From the human T2T-CHM13v2.0 reference genome, Homo sapiens: a DNA stretch of 64,000 nucleotides. The notes beneath the pieces are model-generated. The model was not told the origin of the DNA. It did not search any database and was given only the letters and a program-made list of their open reading frames with translations. The DNA is taken from NCBI RefSeq assembly GCF_009914755.1, contig NC_060925.1. One strand, 5' to 3'. The position numbers and the translations under genes are program-made. Below, piece after piece: positions 51,060 through 64,000 of the stretch (the stretch's first letter is position 1; every line of letters starts with the position of its first letter).

Positions 51060-51139
51060 CTGAAAAGAAAAATCAGCATAAAAAACAGTCCCAAAACTAG
51101 AATCTTTGGGGAAAGCCCAGAACTAAACCCAATACTTAC

Positions 51140-51291
51140 TGAGGAGCCGGGCCTGGTGGTCCAGGATTATAAGGTGCAGGGTTGTATGGTCCCATTGGAG
51201 TTCCAGGCCCTGGAGGCCCAGGAGGTCCATGGGGGCCTGGGACACCATGGGGCCCATGGGGTACAGGTGGCCCTAAAGGATTTACTGGGCC
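51140..51291 (-). CDS. FUBP1: FUBP1 exon 15 (152 nt, Pro/Gly-rich)
   Basis: GPVNPLGPPVPHGPHGVPGPHGPPGPPGPGTPMGPYNPAPYNPGPPGPAP. Confidence 0.94.
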
Positions 51292-52279
51292 CTACAAAAA
51301 AAAGGATGACATAGAAAAATCAGAAAAACACAGTAATGGTTAAACAACTCTACGGCCAAATAATCATCCATTTCTACCCTCTTATAGTCACAAATAACAA
51401 ATTTTAGGTTTTCCTTCCTTTCCTCATTCATTTTGCAAAAACTATTTCATCTGCCATAATAATGAGACATGTAAAATTCACTAAAATCAATAGCAGTAGC
51501 AATTAAATGCAATTTAAATTAAATTAAATTTAAATTAGCAATTAAATTTCCTTTAGCTTGTTTGCGGACAGCAGTAGTTCCCTTTCCTTTTATCATTCTT
51601 ACTTTTACTATCTTTTTCCATCTTACTCACAGAAATCAGGTCCTTATCTTCAGCTCTTCTCTCTATATCTACTTGCCTAACATGAGACAACCGTCTTGAC
51701 AATATATTCCCAAACCGCTTGGGTCCTGTATCATCGTCTTCTGAACATTTCACTGATAACGTTAATAGCTAGTTGTTTCACTATGAAACTAAAATCCACC
51801 TCACAACCTATTTCTGTCACTAAAATCCCATTCAGATCAATAATTTATATCCTTTTTGGCCTTTCATGTATCATGATGTTTAATAGCACAAAAATTCCCT
51901 TTTTAATTCCTTCAATAAATCAGGATATTTTATATCCTTATCATGCATGCATGCCACATCATTAATAACGCTTAACTGATTTCTGTTTGGTTAAGCCAAC
52001 AAAGACATTACACTTAACTGTCCTAAAATGCTCCTTCTGAGTAGTTAACACAACCAGGCGACATGTTGGACAAAATGCTAACACTACATTTTGTTGTAAA
52101 TTTCTCACTGCAAAATAGGGAAACTAAACTTCATGACCTTTAAAGTTCTTTTTATTAACTTGTCTCTTTAAATCTCCAATTGCTGTCATCTCTCACTTAC
52201 TATCCATGACCTATTCTTTCCAAGTAGTAAAAATAATACTGAAAAAGTAGCAACATTTTTTAGGGTTATGTGGCAGGCA

Positions 52280-52480
52280 TTCTTTTAAGTGACACACACA
52301 TGAACATTCATTTAATCCCTACAACTCTATGAAGTAGATACCATTATCTTCATTTTACAGGAGGAAACCAAGGCACAGAAAAGCCTGAGTAACTTCTCCA
52401 AGGTCACAGAACCAGTAAATGATTCACAGAATTCTGAACTGAGGCAACCCGACTACAGAGTCCATGCTCTTAATCACCAC
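52280..52480 (-). mobile_element. MIR
   Basis: cattttacaggaggaaaccaaggcacagaaaagcctgagtaacttctccaaggtcacaga. Confidence 0.8.
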
Positions 52481-52959
52481 ACCAAATTGCTTCTCCAAAA
52501 CAATCTATCTTGTTTTTCCATGAATCCAACAGAAATCCTGACGCATGCATGTTAGGCTAATACTGTAAAATAAAAAACCAAGATGAGTGCTATTCATTTT
52601 TTTGCCATGGCATCAACCTCTATCATTACTCTACAAACATCCTCTTCATTTTTTGAACCATTAAACTATCCATACAACAGAACTCACAATGTTTGTGTAC
52701 ATTTTGTAAGACGTTCCTTAAGCGTCTTTTGTACATCTATTTTTGTCTTCCCAAGTTGACAGAAACAGTGTCAACCTTGTTTTGCACGCACCCCATTCAC
52801 AGCATGGCAAACACCAAAAATAATTTTTCCTAGGCAATTCTAATAATTTAAGATGCCCCCTGCACACTTTGTGTTAAAAACTCCAGTAAGACACTGTCTG
52901 CCTCACTTACAAAAAAGCAGTCAAAGCGTTTCATACTTTTTTGTTCTAACAGAAAACTT

Positions 52960-53170
52960 TCCTGGAGGAAAAATTTCCAAATTTGTCTGTGCACCAGAAT
53001 CACCCAAACATCTATGTAAAATTAGATGCTGGGCCCTATCCCAGACATTTTGAGTCAGGTCTGTCTCTGTATATTATGTGTAGGAGTGGGAAGCACCCAA
53101 ATAGTCTACATTTTAATACCCCCAGATGATCTGTGAGCCAGTCCAAAACCTAGGATTTATGAATTTCTAC
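52960..53170. mobile_element. MER5A-like hAT relic
   Basis: gcaccagaatcaccc...agatgctgggccctatcccaga. Confidence 0.55.
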
Positions 53171-53565
53171 TGTAGAGTGGCAGATGTATCTGATTTATCT
53201 TGTTTGCCTCGCTGGGGTTCAGTAGAGTAAAATCTTAATAAATAATGAATTCCCGTTAACTATGTCCTTCAAGTATGTTCCACAATCCTACACCAACACT
53301 AATATCATGCCTACAGGTAACACTACCCTCCTCTTATCTAGCCACACCCAAATGTAAGGTTGTTCTCAAAACCTGTAACTACACATTTAATTAGGTTATT
53401 TTCATTGCTGGAAAATCTTCACGTTGTATCTATTATACATATCATGAAATCTATAAATGCTGACTAGTAATGATACATTTTCCTTTGATGTATTTGAATA
53501 AACGTCTTAATTTAACTACAGTCTAAGGGTCTACACTAAAAATTAAAAGTTTAAAGTATACTCAC

Positions 53566-53726
53566 ACCAATCTTTTCTTCTATGAGTTGCCGAGCATAGT
53601 CTATCTGTTGTGGAGTGCCACGAATTGTAAATAACTTCATATTAGGATCTGCATTTGGTGGAGGATTTCTCTGAAGTTCTATTCTTGCACCAGACTGCTG
53701 GCTTATGCTTTTTATGGTTTCACCTC
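53566..53726 (-). CDS. FUBP1: FUBP1 exon 14 (161 nt, KH4)
   Basis: [20 protein letters not shown]...IEEKIG. Confidence 0.96.
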
Positions 53727-54369
53727 CTAAAATCAAAAGACAGTAATTTCTCTAAAGGTTTCAAGGGTGTACTAGGAGCTATTTAGAAGAAAATGGTCAC
53801 AATTAAATGGGCCATTAAAAATATGGTTTGGTCAGTATCCTAATTGACAATATTGTATTAAGATTTTTCATTTAATATTCTACACTGAAAATCAAATTTT
53901 AGGAAGCATTTCATGCTTCTCTTAAAATACATTTACATTTACTTAGTATGTTTAAACATAAACTTAATGTGATTATAATAAAATATTTGAATTAACTGCT
54001 TTTAAAAGCAGTGTAAATATAAACTAATACACTTATAAACATTCAAATTTTTAAAATATGAGTCGGGAAAAACCAAAATGCACAAACAAAAACACTCAAA
54101 CCACTTTTTGGGTCAAAAGACATTTCTTATGCTAATAATTATCTCTTAGTTCGCTTTCTCTAGAAGCTAGTAAGATTAAAATCCTGCTCTTTCTCTAAAT
54201 ATACATGAGATCCCTCATTTATGTTTTACTTGTTACATATTAACATAAGAATTCTTTTCTACTAAAATACGGTCAGAGAAAAAGCATTGCCACTTGTTTA
54301 CGACAGCAACAGAAAGTGTCCAGAAAAATGAATAATGTGTTAAAACATTAAGAGTTTAAAATACATTGC

Positions 54370-54511
54370 CTTTTCCTATTATTAATCCAGTTTTCCCAGT
54401 TGGCACAATAAAATTAAATTCCTGTAGTCCACCAGGTGGTCCCATGTTCCAGTTGCCTTGACCTCTACCTCTTCCTCGACCACCAGGTCCAGGTCCACCA
54501 GGATTACCAGC
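54370..54511 (-). CDS. FUBP1: FUBP1 exon 13 (142 nt, RG-rich linker and KH4 start; GC donor)
   Basis: [21 protein letters not shown]...GLIIGK; only AAG|GCAATG keeps the frame. Confidence 0.92.
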
Positions 54512-54857
54512 CTATAGAGAGGGAAAGACAAGAACGAAGAGTCAGCACAGAAATACTTTTGTTTCATGATAAAATTATTAAGTTTATTTTTCCCAGCTCT
54601 CATATACCTGAATCAGAAATGTAGAGATGAACTGGCCCTAATAAGTAATAACATTTTTTAAAATACAAGAGTAAATAAGGTAGCACTTAAGGTAGTAGTT
54701 CTTCCTGCTCCAAGATCTTTACCTTAAAGCAATTTAAACTTTCTCCATTAATAAAGCATCATCAAGCAGACTCTGATATAGAGGTAACTTCAGATTTCAT
54801 GAAGGAAAATACTTTTCCATAAAAACAAAAAATGAAAATGTTAACTTTCTATCAAAC

Positions 54858-54958
54858 CTGAACACTTCGAAGAAGGTCTGTAATAATTTCTGCAGCATGT
54901 TGACATCGGTCTGGAGGTCCTGTTATTTGTGCTATCCTTTCGGGTGTTGTCCCATCAT
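54858..54958 (-). CDS. FUBP1: FUBP1 exon 12 (101 nt, KH3)
   Basis: [34 protein letters not shown]. Confidence 0.95.
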
Positions 54959-55049
54959 CTTCAAAACAAAGAAACAAAATTAATTAAACAATAAATGTAT
55001 GTCAAAACTCACTGCTGCCAACACTTACAAGATTATTATATGTACTCAC

Positions 55050-55152
55050 CTGGCTTAAACTGAATGCGAACACCAGCATCATTTTGTATTTTTTTGATCA
55101 TCTCTCCATTTCTTCCTATTACAATGCCAACAGCAAATCTTGGAATGGGGAC
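55050..55152 (-). CDS. FUBP1: FUBP1 exon 11 (103 nt, KH3 GxxG loop)
   Basis: [34 protein letters not shown]. Confidence 0.95.
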
Positions 55153-55441
55153 CTTATGTAAAAAAGACTAAGTATTAAGAAAGCTAGCTTCTCAGGGTTT
55201 AAAGTAAAAAAAAGTATTTTAAAAAAGCGCCATTTCCTGAAAATCCGCCTCAAATCATAAAAGTACATATAATTCTATATTTATAGTAAATAGGGTAACA
55301 AGATATATAGAATTCTGTATTCTAAAGTATAAAGGTGAAATAAAAGGATAACAATGTTAGAGCTACTTAACACAAAACAGAAAACACTATTATATTTATG
55401 AATTAGCATACAACCATTTCTGAATGGGTATTTTTACTTAC

Positions 55442-55543
55442 ATCTATCCCTTCATTTCCTCCTATTCTTGACCCATACTCATTCCGAACTTCTCTGAAAC
55501 CGCCTTGATCACGAATTAACTCTAACACCATTTCCTTGGCTTG
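55442..55543 (-). CDS. FUBP1: FUBP1 exon 10 (102 nt)
   Basis: QAKEMVLELIRDQGGFREVRNEYGSRIGGNEGID. Confidence 0.95.
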
Positions 55544-55665
55544 CTAAAGCAGAAAAAGTTAGCTAATTTAGAAAGCATGTCTCAAAACATTTTAATTATT
55601 CATGCATATTTTGCCCAACCCCATTCAACCCACTCTTTCTTTATAAAGTATAAAGTTAAGTTTAC

Positions 55666-55764
55666 TTGAACTTTATATGGGTCTCCTGTAATCCTAAGAG
55701 GTTTGTCAGCACCAGTGTTCTGCGGCCCGTCTTGAATCATAACCATTTTAACTCCAGCCCGTTC
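55666..55764 (-). CDS. FUBP1: FUBP1 exon 9 (99 nt, KH2)
   Basis: [33 protein letters not shown]. Confidence 0.95.
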
Positions 55765-55864
55765 CTGTTACAATCATAGAAATAATATATATTAACAAAA
55801 GGAAGTGGACAAAAATGGGCATCAAAACAGATCAAAAGTAGCCATTTCACAAAAATAACAATAC

Positions 55865-56027
55865 CTGAAGCTGTTTAATAGTTTCTCCCCCTTTTCCAAT
55901 GACTAATCCTGCCTTGCTAGCTGGAATCATGATTTCTTGAACTGCATTTCCCGGTCCATCGCCATGATGGAAGCCAGGAGCTGGTCTTCCTTTTTCAACA
56001 ATCTGGTCCAGTAACCGTTTTGCTGAC
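55865..56027 (-). CDS. FUBP1: FUBP1 exon 8 (163 nt, KH1 end and KH2 GxxG loop)
   Basis: [15 protein letters not shown]...[15 protein letters not shown]. Confidence 0.95.
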
Positions 56028-56561
56028 CTGTTAACAAATTAATATTTAAATAGTAAGCTGTAGCATACCCAAGCTTATTCAAATAGAGAAATATAAAACA
56101 ATATAACCAAGTACTCCTCCTATCCCAGTTCAGGATTAGGTGCCTTGATGCTAACTTTAACAATGCTTTTACTTTTAACTGAAAGAAAATGCCATCAAGG
56201 GTCAAAGATTGAGAGATTATGCAAAAAAATTTTCTAGATATACAATTTTTATTTTTAAGAATAGTCCAAAATTTCCAAGAAAGAACTCTAATGCTAAAGT
56301 TATCTCAGAATTAAACTGATTCTTCCAAGAACTAAATGATTTATTTACATTTTTAAACTACCATTTTGCTTACTCATATGCTACAATTATTCATTCAACA
56401 AATATTTAAATATCAACTATGTGCAGGTGCTATTCTAGGTAATGGGGTAATAGCACTCAAAGAAACAGGGTTCCTGCTAGAGTGGCTTCATTTCATTAAA
56501 TAAGTAAAAATAACATGTCAAATGAATAACACATTATTTGGAAAGTGCCATAAAGAAAATC

Positions 56562-56831
56562 AGGCTGGGGGAAGTGGCTCACGCCTGTAATCCCAGGACT
56601 TTGGGAGGCCGAGGTGGGTGGATCACGAGGTCAAGAGATTGAGACCATCCCGGCCAACATGGTGAAACCCTGTCTCTACTAAAAAAATACAAAAATTAGC
56701 TGGGTGTGGTGGCATGCACCGGTAGTCCCAGCTACTCGGGAGGCGGAGGTTGCAGTGAGCCGAGATCGTGCCCCTGCACTCCAGCCTGGCAACAGAGCGA
56801 GACTTCGTCTCAAAAAAAAGAAAAGAAAAAA
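56562..56831 (+). mobile_element. AluSc-like with internal deletion
   Basis: ggatcacgaggtcaagagatt; right arm shortened. Confidence 0.88.
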
Positions 56832-57489
56832 CCTAGTAATGAGGGAGAACTAACAATGCAGAAGAAAGTACAACTGCAAGCTGAACCTTCAGTAGGAAGA
56901 AAGGGCTGGCTTTAGGCACTCGAACACAAAAGGAAAGCAATTACCTGAGTACTATGTGAACAGAGGAAAAATGAAGGCTGGTAGGTTTAGTGGTAGGGAA
57001 AAAGAAAAGCTTCTTATCATTTGCTTCCATTTTCTCAGTAAATAAGCTTAAGTGGGAGAGCGTGGGGTTAGATGCTGAAGATTTGGAGGTGGGGAAATAC
57101 AGTATTAAAGAGCCTGGGAGAGGAGTGGAAAAGTGAATGGAACTAGGGAAATGCAGGCAACACAACAGTCCACTTGAGCTTAATGTCTGAGTTTTAAGTG
57201 TCACCAGTCGACCTGACTGTGCATTCTTCTCCAGGCTACACGTGGCTTTACAAGTAGAGACTGGAGTAGATATGGAGTTGTTTTAACCATTTTCTGTGTT
57301 TAATGATTCAGATGATGAACCCCACCTGAGAAAGGCATGAGGCATAAACTTCAAAGGAGTTGGAGGACTTTGAGGGAAGGTGGCAGCGAAACCACAGTGT
57401 AAAATAAAGCAGTAACAAAGAGAAGAGACAAAATTCAAAGAGTTCTGCTGTTGTTACTTAAGTAGATTTTTAAGATTTTTCAAACTTAC

Positions 57490-57547
57490 TGGACAGATTC
57501 AGGTGTTCCAGTTAACATACAGGACCTTTCTGGAAGGCCACCACTGT
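57490..57547 (-). CDS. FUBP1: FUBP1 exon 7 (58 nt)
   Basis: DSGGLPERSCMLTGTPESVQ. Confidence 0.94.
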
Positions 57548-57679
57548 CTACAATTTAAAACAAACAGATAACTTCAGGTCAAAAGATTAAAAGTAGCATT
57601 ATTGTTACTAGAAGGCTTAAAAAAAAAAAAAAGCTAGTTTTCTAGTCACACTGAAAATACCATGAGAATGTAACATTAC

Positions 57680-57751
57680 CAGGAGCTATCTGTATTTTGC
57701 ATCCAGATTCCTGTTGTATGCGTGAGATCTGTTCACCTCCTCTGCCAATTA
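57680..57751 (-). CDS. FUBP1: FUBP1 exon 6 (72 nt, KH1 GxxG loop)
   Basis: [23 protein letters not shown]. Confidence 0.95.
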
Positions 57752-57844
57752 CTAGTTAGAAAAAAAAAAATTTTTTTTTTGGTTGAAAGATTCTAAAGTA
57801 TGTTTTGATCATGTTTTCAAAACTTTAAAAATCAAGTTACTTAC

Positions 57845-57897
57845 TGAATCCAACCATTCCATCTGGAACTTTGTATTCTTCTGTCATTACAGATCTG
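57845..57897 (-). CDS. FUBP1: FUBP1 exon 5 (53 or 50 nt, NAGNAG acceptor)
   Basis: TAG|CAG|ATCT; (S)RSVMTEEYKVPDGMVGF. Confidence 0.94.
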
Positions 57898-58422
57898 CTA
57901 AGAAATAACAGAAAGCACCATTTTCCTTCAATGAAAGATACTTTGTTTACAAATAAAAGATAATCTATTAATAAAAATGGAAGTCTAATGTCTCCCAATG
58001 GCTTAAACTAAGGTTCTAGGCTCAGACTCATGTCAAAAAATATGATCTTATTACTTGAGTAGTTAAATTAAGAAATTTAAGATGACACATCAAGTGAAGA
58101 AGGGATGATGAATGGAACAGTCTGAAGGCATTAACTGTAAAGAAGTTGAAGTGGAGTTTAGAGAATGTCATCTTAACAGTTACTCTAATTCACCCCTGTT
58201 CTTCTAAAATGTGGTTAATTCCACCTATCTCTCCAAATCACAAATTTTTCTCACTCAAAAGAAAAATCATCACTTTATGGTACCTTCCCAAGGGGAGTGA
58301 TATGAACTAGGTACACCAAAAAATACACAGACACATATTCAATATACACCAATGTGGTTGTGTTTTTACATACAGCTCAACCAAAACTTGCAGAGTACTT
58401 TTTGAAAATCTTGTGACTATAC

Positions 58423-58462
58423 CTTTGCTGCTGATGCATCGGTGGTAACTGTGTTCCAAAAG
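58423..58462 (-). CDS. FUBP1: FUBP1 exon 4 (40 nt)
   Basis: SFGTQLPPMHQQQ. Confidence 0.93.
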
Positions 58463-58960
58463 CTATCAAAAAATTAAATAAAAATAAAACAAAAATTCAA
58501 AATTTAAATTTACTTATATATTTAACAACACAATCACATCAAACATTCAAAAATCTCTCCCTAATGCACAGACAACACCTTGAAGAGAGTCAAATTTTTT
58601 ACACAATATTTATATTGGCATTGACAGGGGCAAGAGAGCCAATGAAAGGGAAGACATTATATTAGCAATGGCACAGAACAAAATAATTTCCTTTTTCAAG
58701 TTGTACAAGTATAGATCAAGAATTGGAGTTGTTAAATATGTAAAATAATTCAGCAACCAATCTTTACATATACCCGGCCACAATTAATGGGACAGATTGT
58801 AAAATAGGAGAAAAAGGTATATATTTACAAAGAAATTCAGGCTAGCTGATCCAAAATACTCATAAACCAACTAACTTCAAAGATACCCAATAATATGAAC
58901 AAAATCTTAACATTGAAATTGTTACTTTAGCTTTTGACCCAGTTTAAAAGGAATACTTAC

Positions 58961-58999
58961 AGTCATTTTGAGGAGCAACTTTCTTAGCATCTGGTTGAT
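58961..58999 (-). CDS. FUBP1: FUBP1 exon 3 (39 nt)
   Basis: DQPDAKKVAPQND. Confidence 0.93.
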
Positions 59000-59817
59000 C
59001 TGCAAAATTAAGTGTCTTTTAATTTTTTGCCAATTAAGTACAAAGCTTCTCCCCTCCCAAACAAGAATAAATAACAATATAAACATTTATTGAAATATCT
59101 GAAGGTATGGTTTATCATTTGAACCAAAACTGCCAAAATTCAACCCCAACTCAGTAATCTAAAAAAGAAACGATACTTCATTCTCTTCACGTTCAAAAGA
59201 TGCACAGACATTAAAATAGTTATCTGATTCTTAAGAAATCACTGACCTTAATGTATGTTAAGCACATTAGAATGACACAAGACAACGTACTTTAGGTCCA
59301 TTACTAGCAAAATATCACATGCTAAAGGCTAATGATGCTTCCACCTCAGGAACTGAAGACTGGGGGGAGAAAAGCCTATCAAACTACAAAAATCTGACAT
59401 ATTAAAGTGTATCTGACAGTGACCACAAAGCTATGCCCAAAAAAAAAAAAACAAAAAAACCCCCCACAACATTACAAGGCAATCTCAACCTAAACTGTTC
59501 TATTATTTATAAACAAACATTTCACTGCATAAAACTTTAGCAAAAAAATAAAATCTCAAAGCAACTACATGACTACCTTCACCTAAATCCATTACACAGA
59601 TGAATACAATGCATACCTTGGAACAGACAACCTATAGCTCAAAGTACTACATTCTCCTCCCCCCTTCAAACTTAAATGATTAAACATCAGAATGTTGTGC
59701 AGCAAAAATAAAATATGCGCAGACACATAATCCAAGAAATATTTGTGTCCATTTAAGAATCCACTGGTTTATTTCACGTTTACATACTGAACACAGGTAA
59801 TAAATAAAAATTCCTGC

Positions 59818-59880
59818 CTTTAAAAGGAGAGGGCATTCCCTCCCAGTGTGTTGTACTGCTCGGACTTGTCCAAGAGCCAT
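59818..59880 (-). CDS. FUBP1: FUBP1 63-nt cassette exon (DGSWTSPSSTTHWEGMPSPFK), GC donor
   Basis: Acceptor tttttattttatgtgtag, donor AAG|GCAGGA; phase 1/1, no stop. Confidence 0.75.
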
Positions 59881-60720
59881 CTACACATAAAATAAAAAGA
59901 ATACATTACATACAACATCTGAAGCATCATTAGCTCATTTTTTTTCTACATTAAAAACCTCACTATAAATATGAAAGACACTTAAATAAAAGGAAACCAA
60001 GTTCTCCTGGTCAAAAGCTACAAATACATTCTATAGCCTCAGTGAGAATCCTCCCTTTAAAAAAAAGGGTAAAAAGAAAATGTATCAAAACTCATATATC
60101 AAACCTAAAACAAAAAATACATGCAGACTTCTAAGTTCAGAAGCTTCAACGATTACGATTTTTAAAAATACATAGCACTGTAAATCCACTGTTTTAATCC
60201 ACAGGTTTAAAGCTAAACGTGAAACACAAAAGTACTGAAAGTAAAGAACATTAAAAAAAAAATGGTATAACCTGCAACACACTAGAGTAGCAAACTATAG
60301 GAATTTCAACCTTTAAGGTGCAATTGGAAATAGAAAAATGACGAAAATACAGCATATTAAAATCCATTCACGTATGAGTAAAACCAGTGAAGTGTCTTCT
60401 AAGCAATTTATATGTTTTTTAATATTATTAACAAGACGTCTGTGCAAACTTTCAATCTGGCACAATCCTAAAAGAGGGAAAATAAATTGTTTTCTATTAA
60501 GACAAAACTTCCTTTTTTAAAAAATTTTTTAAAAAATTTCTTTCAAATTTTACTTACCTTGTCTAGTTTTCTTTCCCCCCTTTTAGGCCAATATACAGCT
60601 TACAATTTTAACAACCTTATAATAAAAGTTAATATCTCAATAAAATAACAGAAAAATACCGAGAATCACTTCAACTAAACACTCTGAAAAACAATTTAAA
60701 ATACTTAGAGTATAACTTAC

Positions 60721-60811
60721 CTCCATCTTCTAAAGGTCTTTTTTGTCCCCCATAACCATAGTCATTTGAATTCAGTGATGTCCCTGCATCACCTCCAATT
60801 TTTGCTGCAAT
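60721..60811 (-). CDS. FUBP1: FUBP1 exon 2 (91 nt)
   Basis: [30 protein letters not shown]; donor GAG|GTAAGT. Confidence 0.95.
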
Positions 60812-61177
60812 CTAAAAAAAAAAAAGAAAAATACCATCATAAACTATTATATACTATTCATTACTAAATTACCCCCATTTACTTCCTGATACATGTATAT
60901 GTGAAATATTTAGTATCACATAAGAAAATTTACTTGAAAAATTAAAATTATAGTTCAATTTATTGCTACCATTAATACTTCAGGCAGTTAACATAATAAT
61001 CATAAGATTATTAAACTTCTGATACATCCCTATAAGAAGCAACAAAGAAGTAATCAACTAGGAATCCGGAAGAGAGACCAGATTTAAAGAAAATCTGGAT
61101 CCTATCTGGCTCTGTCATGACACTTCAAAAGATGTGTGTAAACACATAGAATGTGAACACTTTGTGGGACTCAAAGG

Positions 61178-61410
61178 CTATGCTATCTAGTAAGGTAGCC
61201 ACTAGCCATATGTGGTTATTGAGTACTCAAAATGTGACTAGTCTGAAATGATACTTGCTCTAAGTGTAAAATTACTCACTGAATATTGAAAACCTGGAAT
61301 ATAAATCATCTTAAATTTTTATATTAAGCACATGCAAAGGGGGTAATATTTTGGATATGCTGGGTTAAACAAAACATGTGGCTCACATTGTACTTCTATT
61401 GGACAATGTT
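61178..61410. mobile_element. MER3/MER33-like hAT-Charlie relic
   Basis: gtagccactagccatatgtggttattgagtact...catgtggctcacattgtacttctattggaca. Confidence 0.7.
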
Positions 61411-61559
61411 GTTCTAAGGATATATGTAGGAGTCCAGGGAGCTCGAGTCTTAAAAAAACCTCAGCTGCAAAACCATAATTCTTAGAAGATTTTTAAATTT
61501 TAGAGTAGGGCAAATAATTTATTGCACCTGACTGAACCAATTTAAGAAATACCCAGCTT

Positions 61560-63830
<2,271 letters not shown>

Positions 63831-64000
63831 AACAAAATGAACTGTAGATTTGATAATTTTCTAAGATCTATAGAAAATACACAATTCCTAGGTGACTACA
63901 AGGATAGTTAATTTAAGAAAAATAGTAATTCCTAAAAACCAACCTCCAACTATATTCAACTCCTTTTTCAGAGTACTTGAACTCAACATATTCAATTTTT

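Noticed and set aside
51553-51753. Protein-like charged ORF MKCSEDDDTGPK...
   Set aside because: Not in the FUBP1 reading frame for a phase-0 intron and has no ATG start; better treated as a poison-exon candidate.
51847-51940. ATATCCTT U12-like 5' sites (also 36844, and 15842 on -)
   Set aside because: Antisense to the host gene; they only show the background rate of the motif.
55021-55049. Alternative donor CTT|GTAAGT 21 nt into FUBP1 intron 11
   Set aside because: Poor exonic match, leaves only a 70-nt intron, and competes with a strong CAG|GTGAGT.

Overview
Human (primate) genomic DNA matching the NEXN/FUBP1 locus on chr1p31. The + strand carries the complete NEXN (nexilin) coding region: 12 coding exons, 6923-33625, summing to 2028 nt = 675 aa plus stop. 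The - strand carries FUBP1 exons 2-20 (60811 down to 39562; exon 1 is outside the window) and a ~4.7 kb 3' UTR. The genes lie tail-to-tail with opposing AATAAA signals about 200 bp apart. Introns contain dense Alus, old L1/L2/MIR relics, a Tigger4 element, a THE1 solo LTR and hAT relics. Most ORFs in the supplied track are repeat artefacts. The most interesting signals are in splicing architecture. (1) An 81-nt intron at the NEXN stop switches the C-terminus from SKN to TDDY. (2) A perfect minor-spliceosome 5' site 13 nt after NEXN exon 12, plus a U12-like branch point, could delete the whole Ig domain in frame (possible twintron; inference only). (3) NEXN exon 9 regenerates a donor after splicing (recursive-splicing exon candidate). 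(4) The FUBP1 3' UTR hides several alternative C-terminal coding exons. (5) FUBP1 has two GC-AG donors, several candidate poison exons and an in-frame NLS-like extension of exon 18. No prokaryotic-type system is present. Coordinates were counted by hand; repeat boundaries are approximate.
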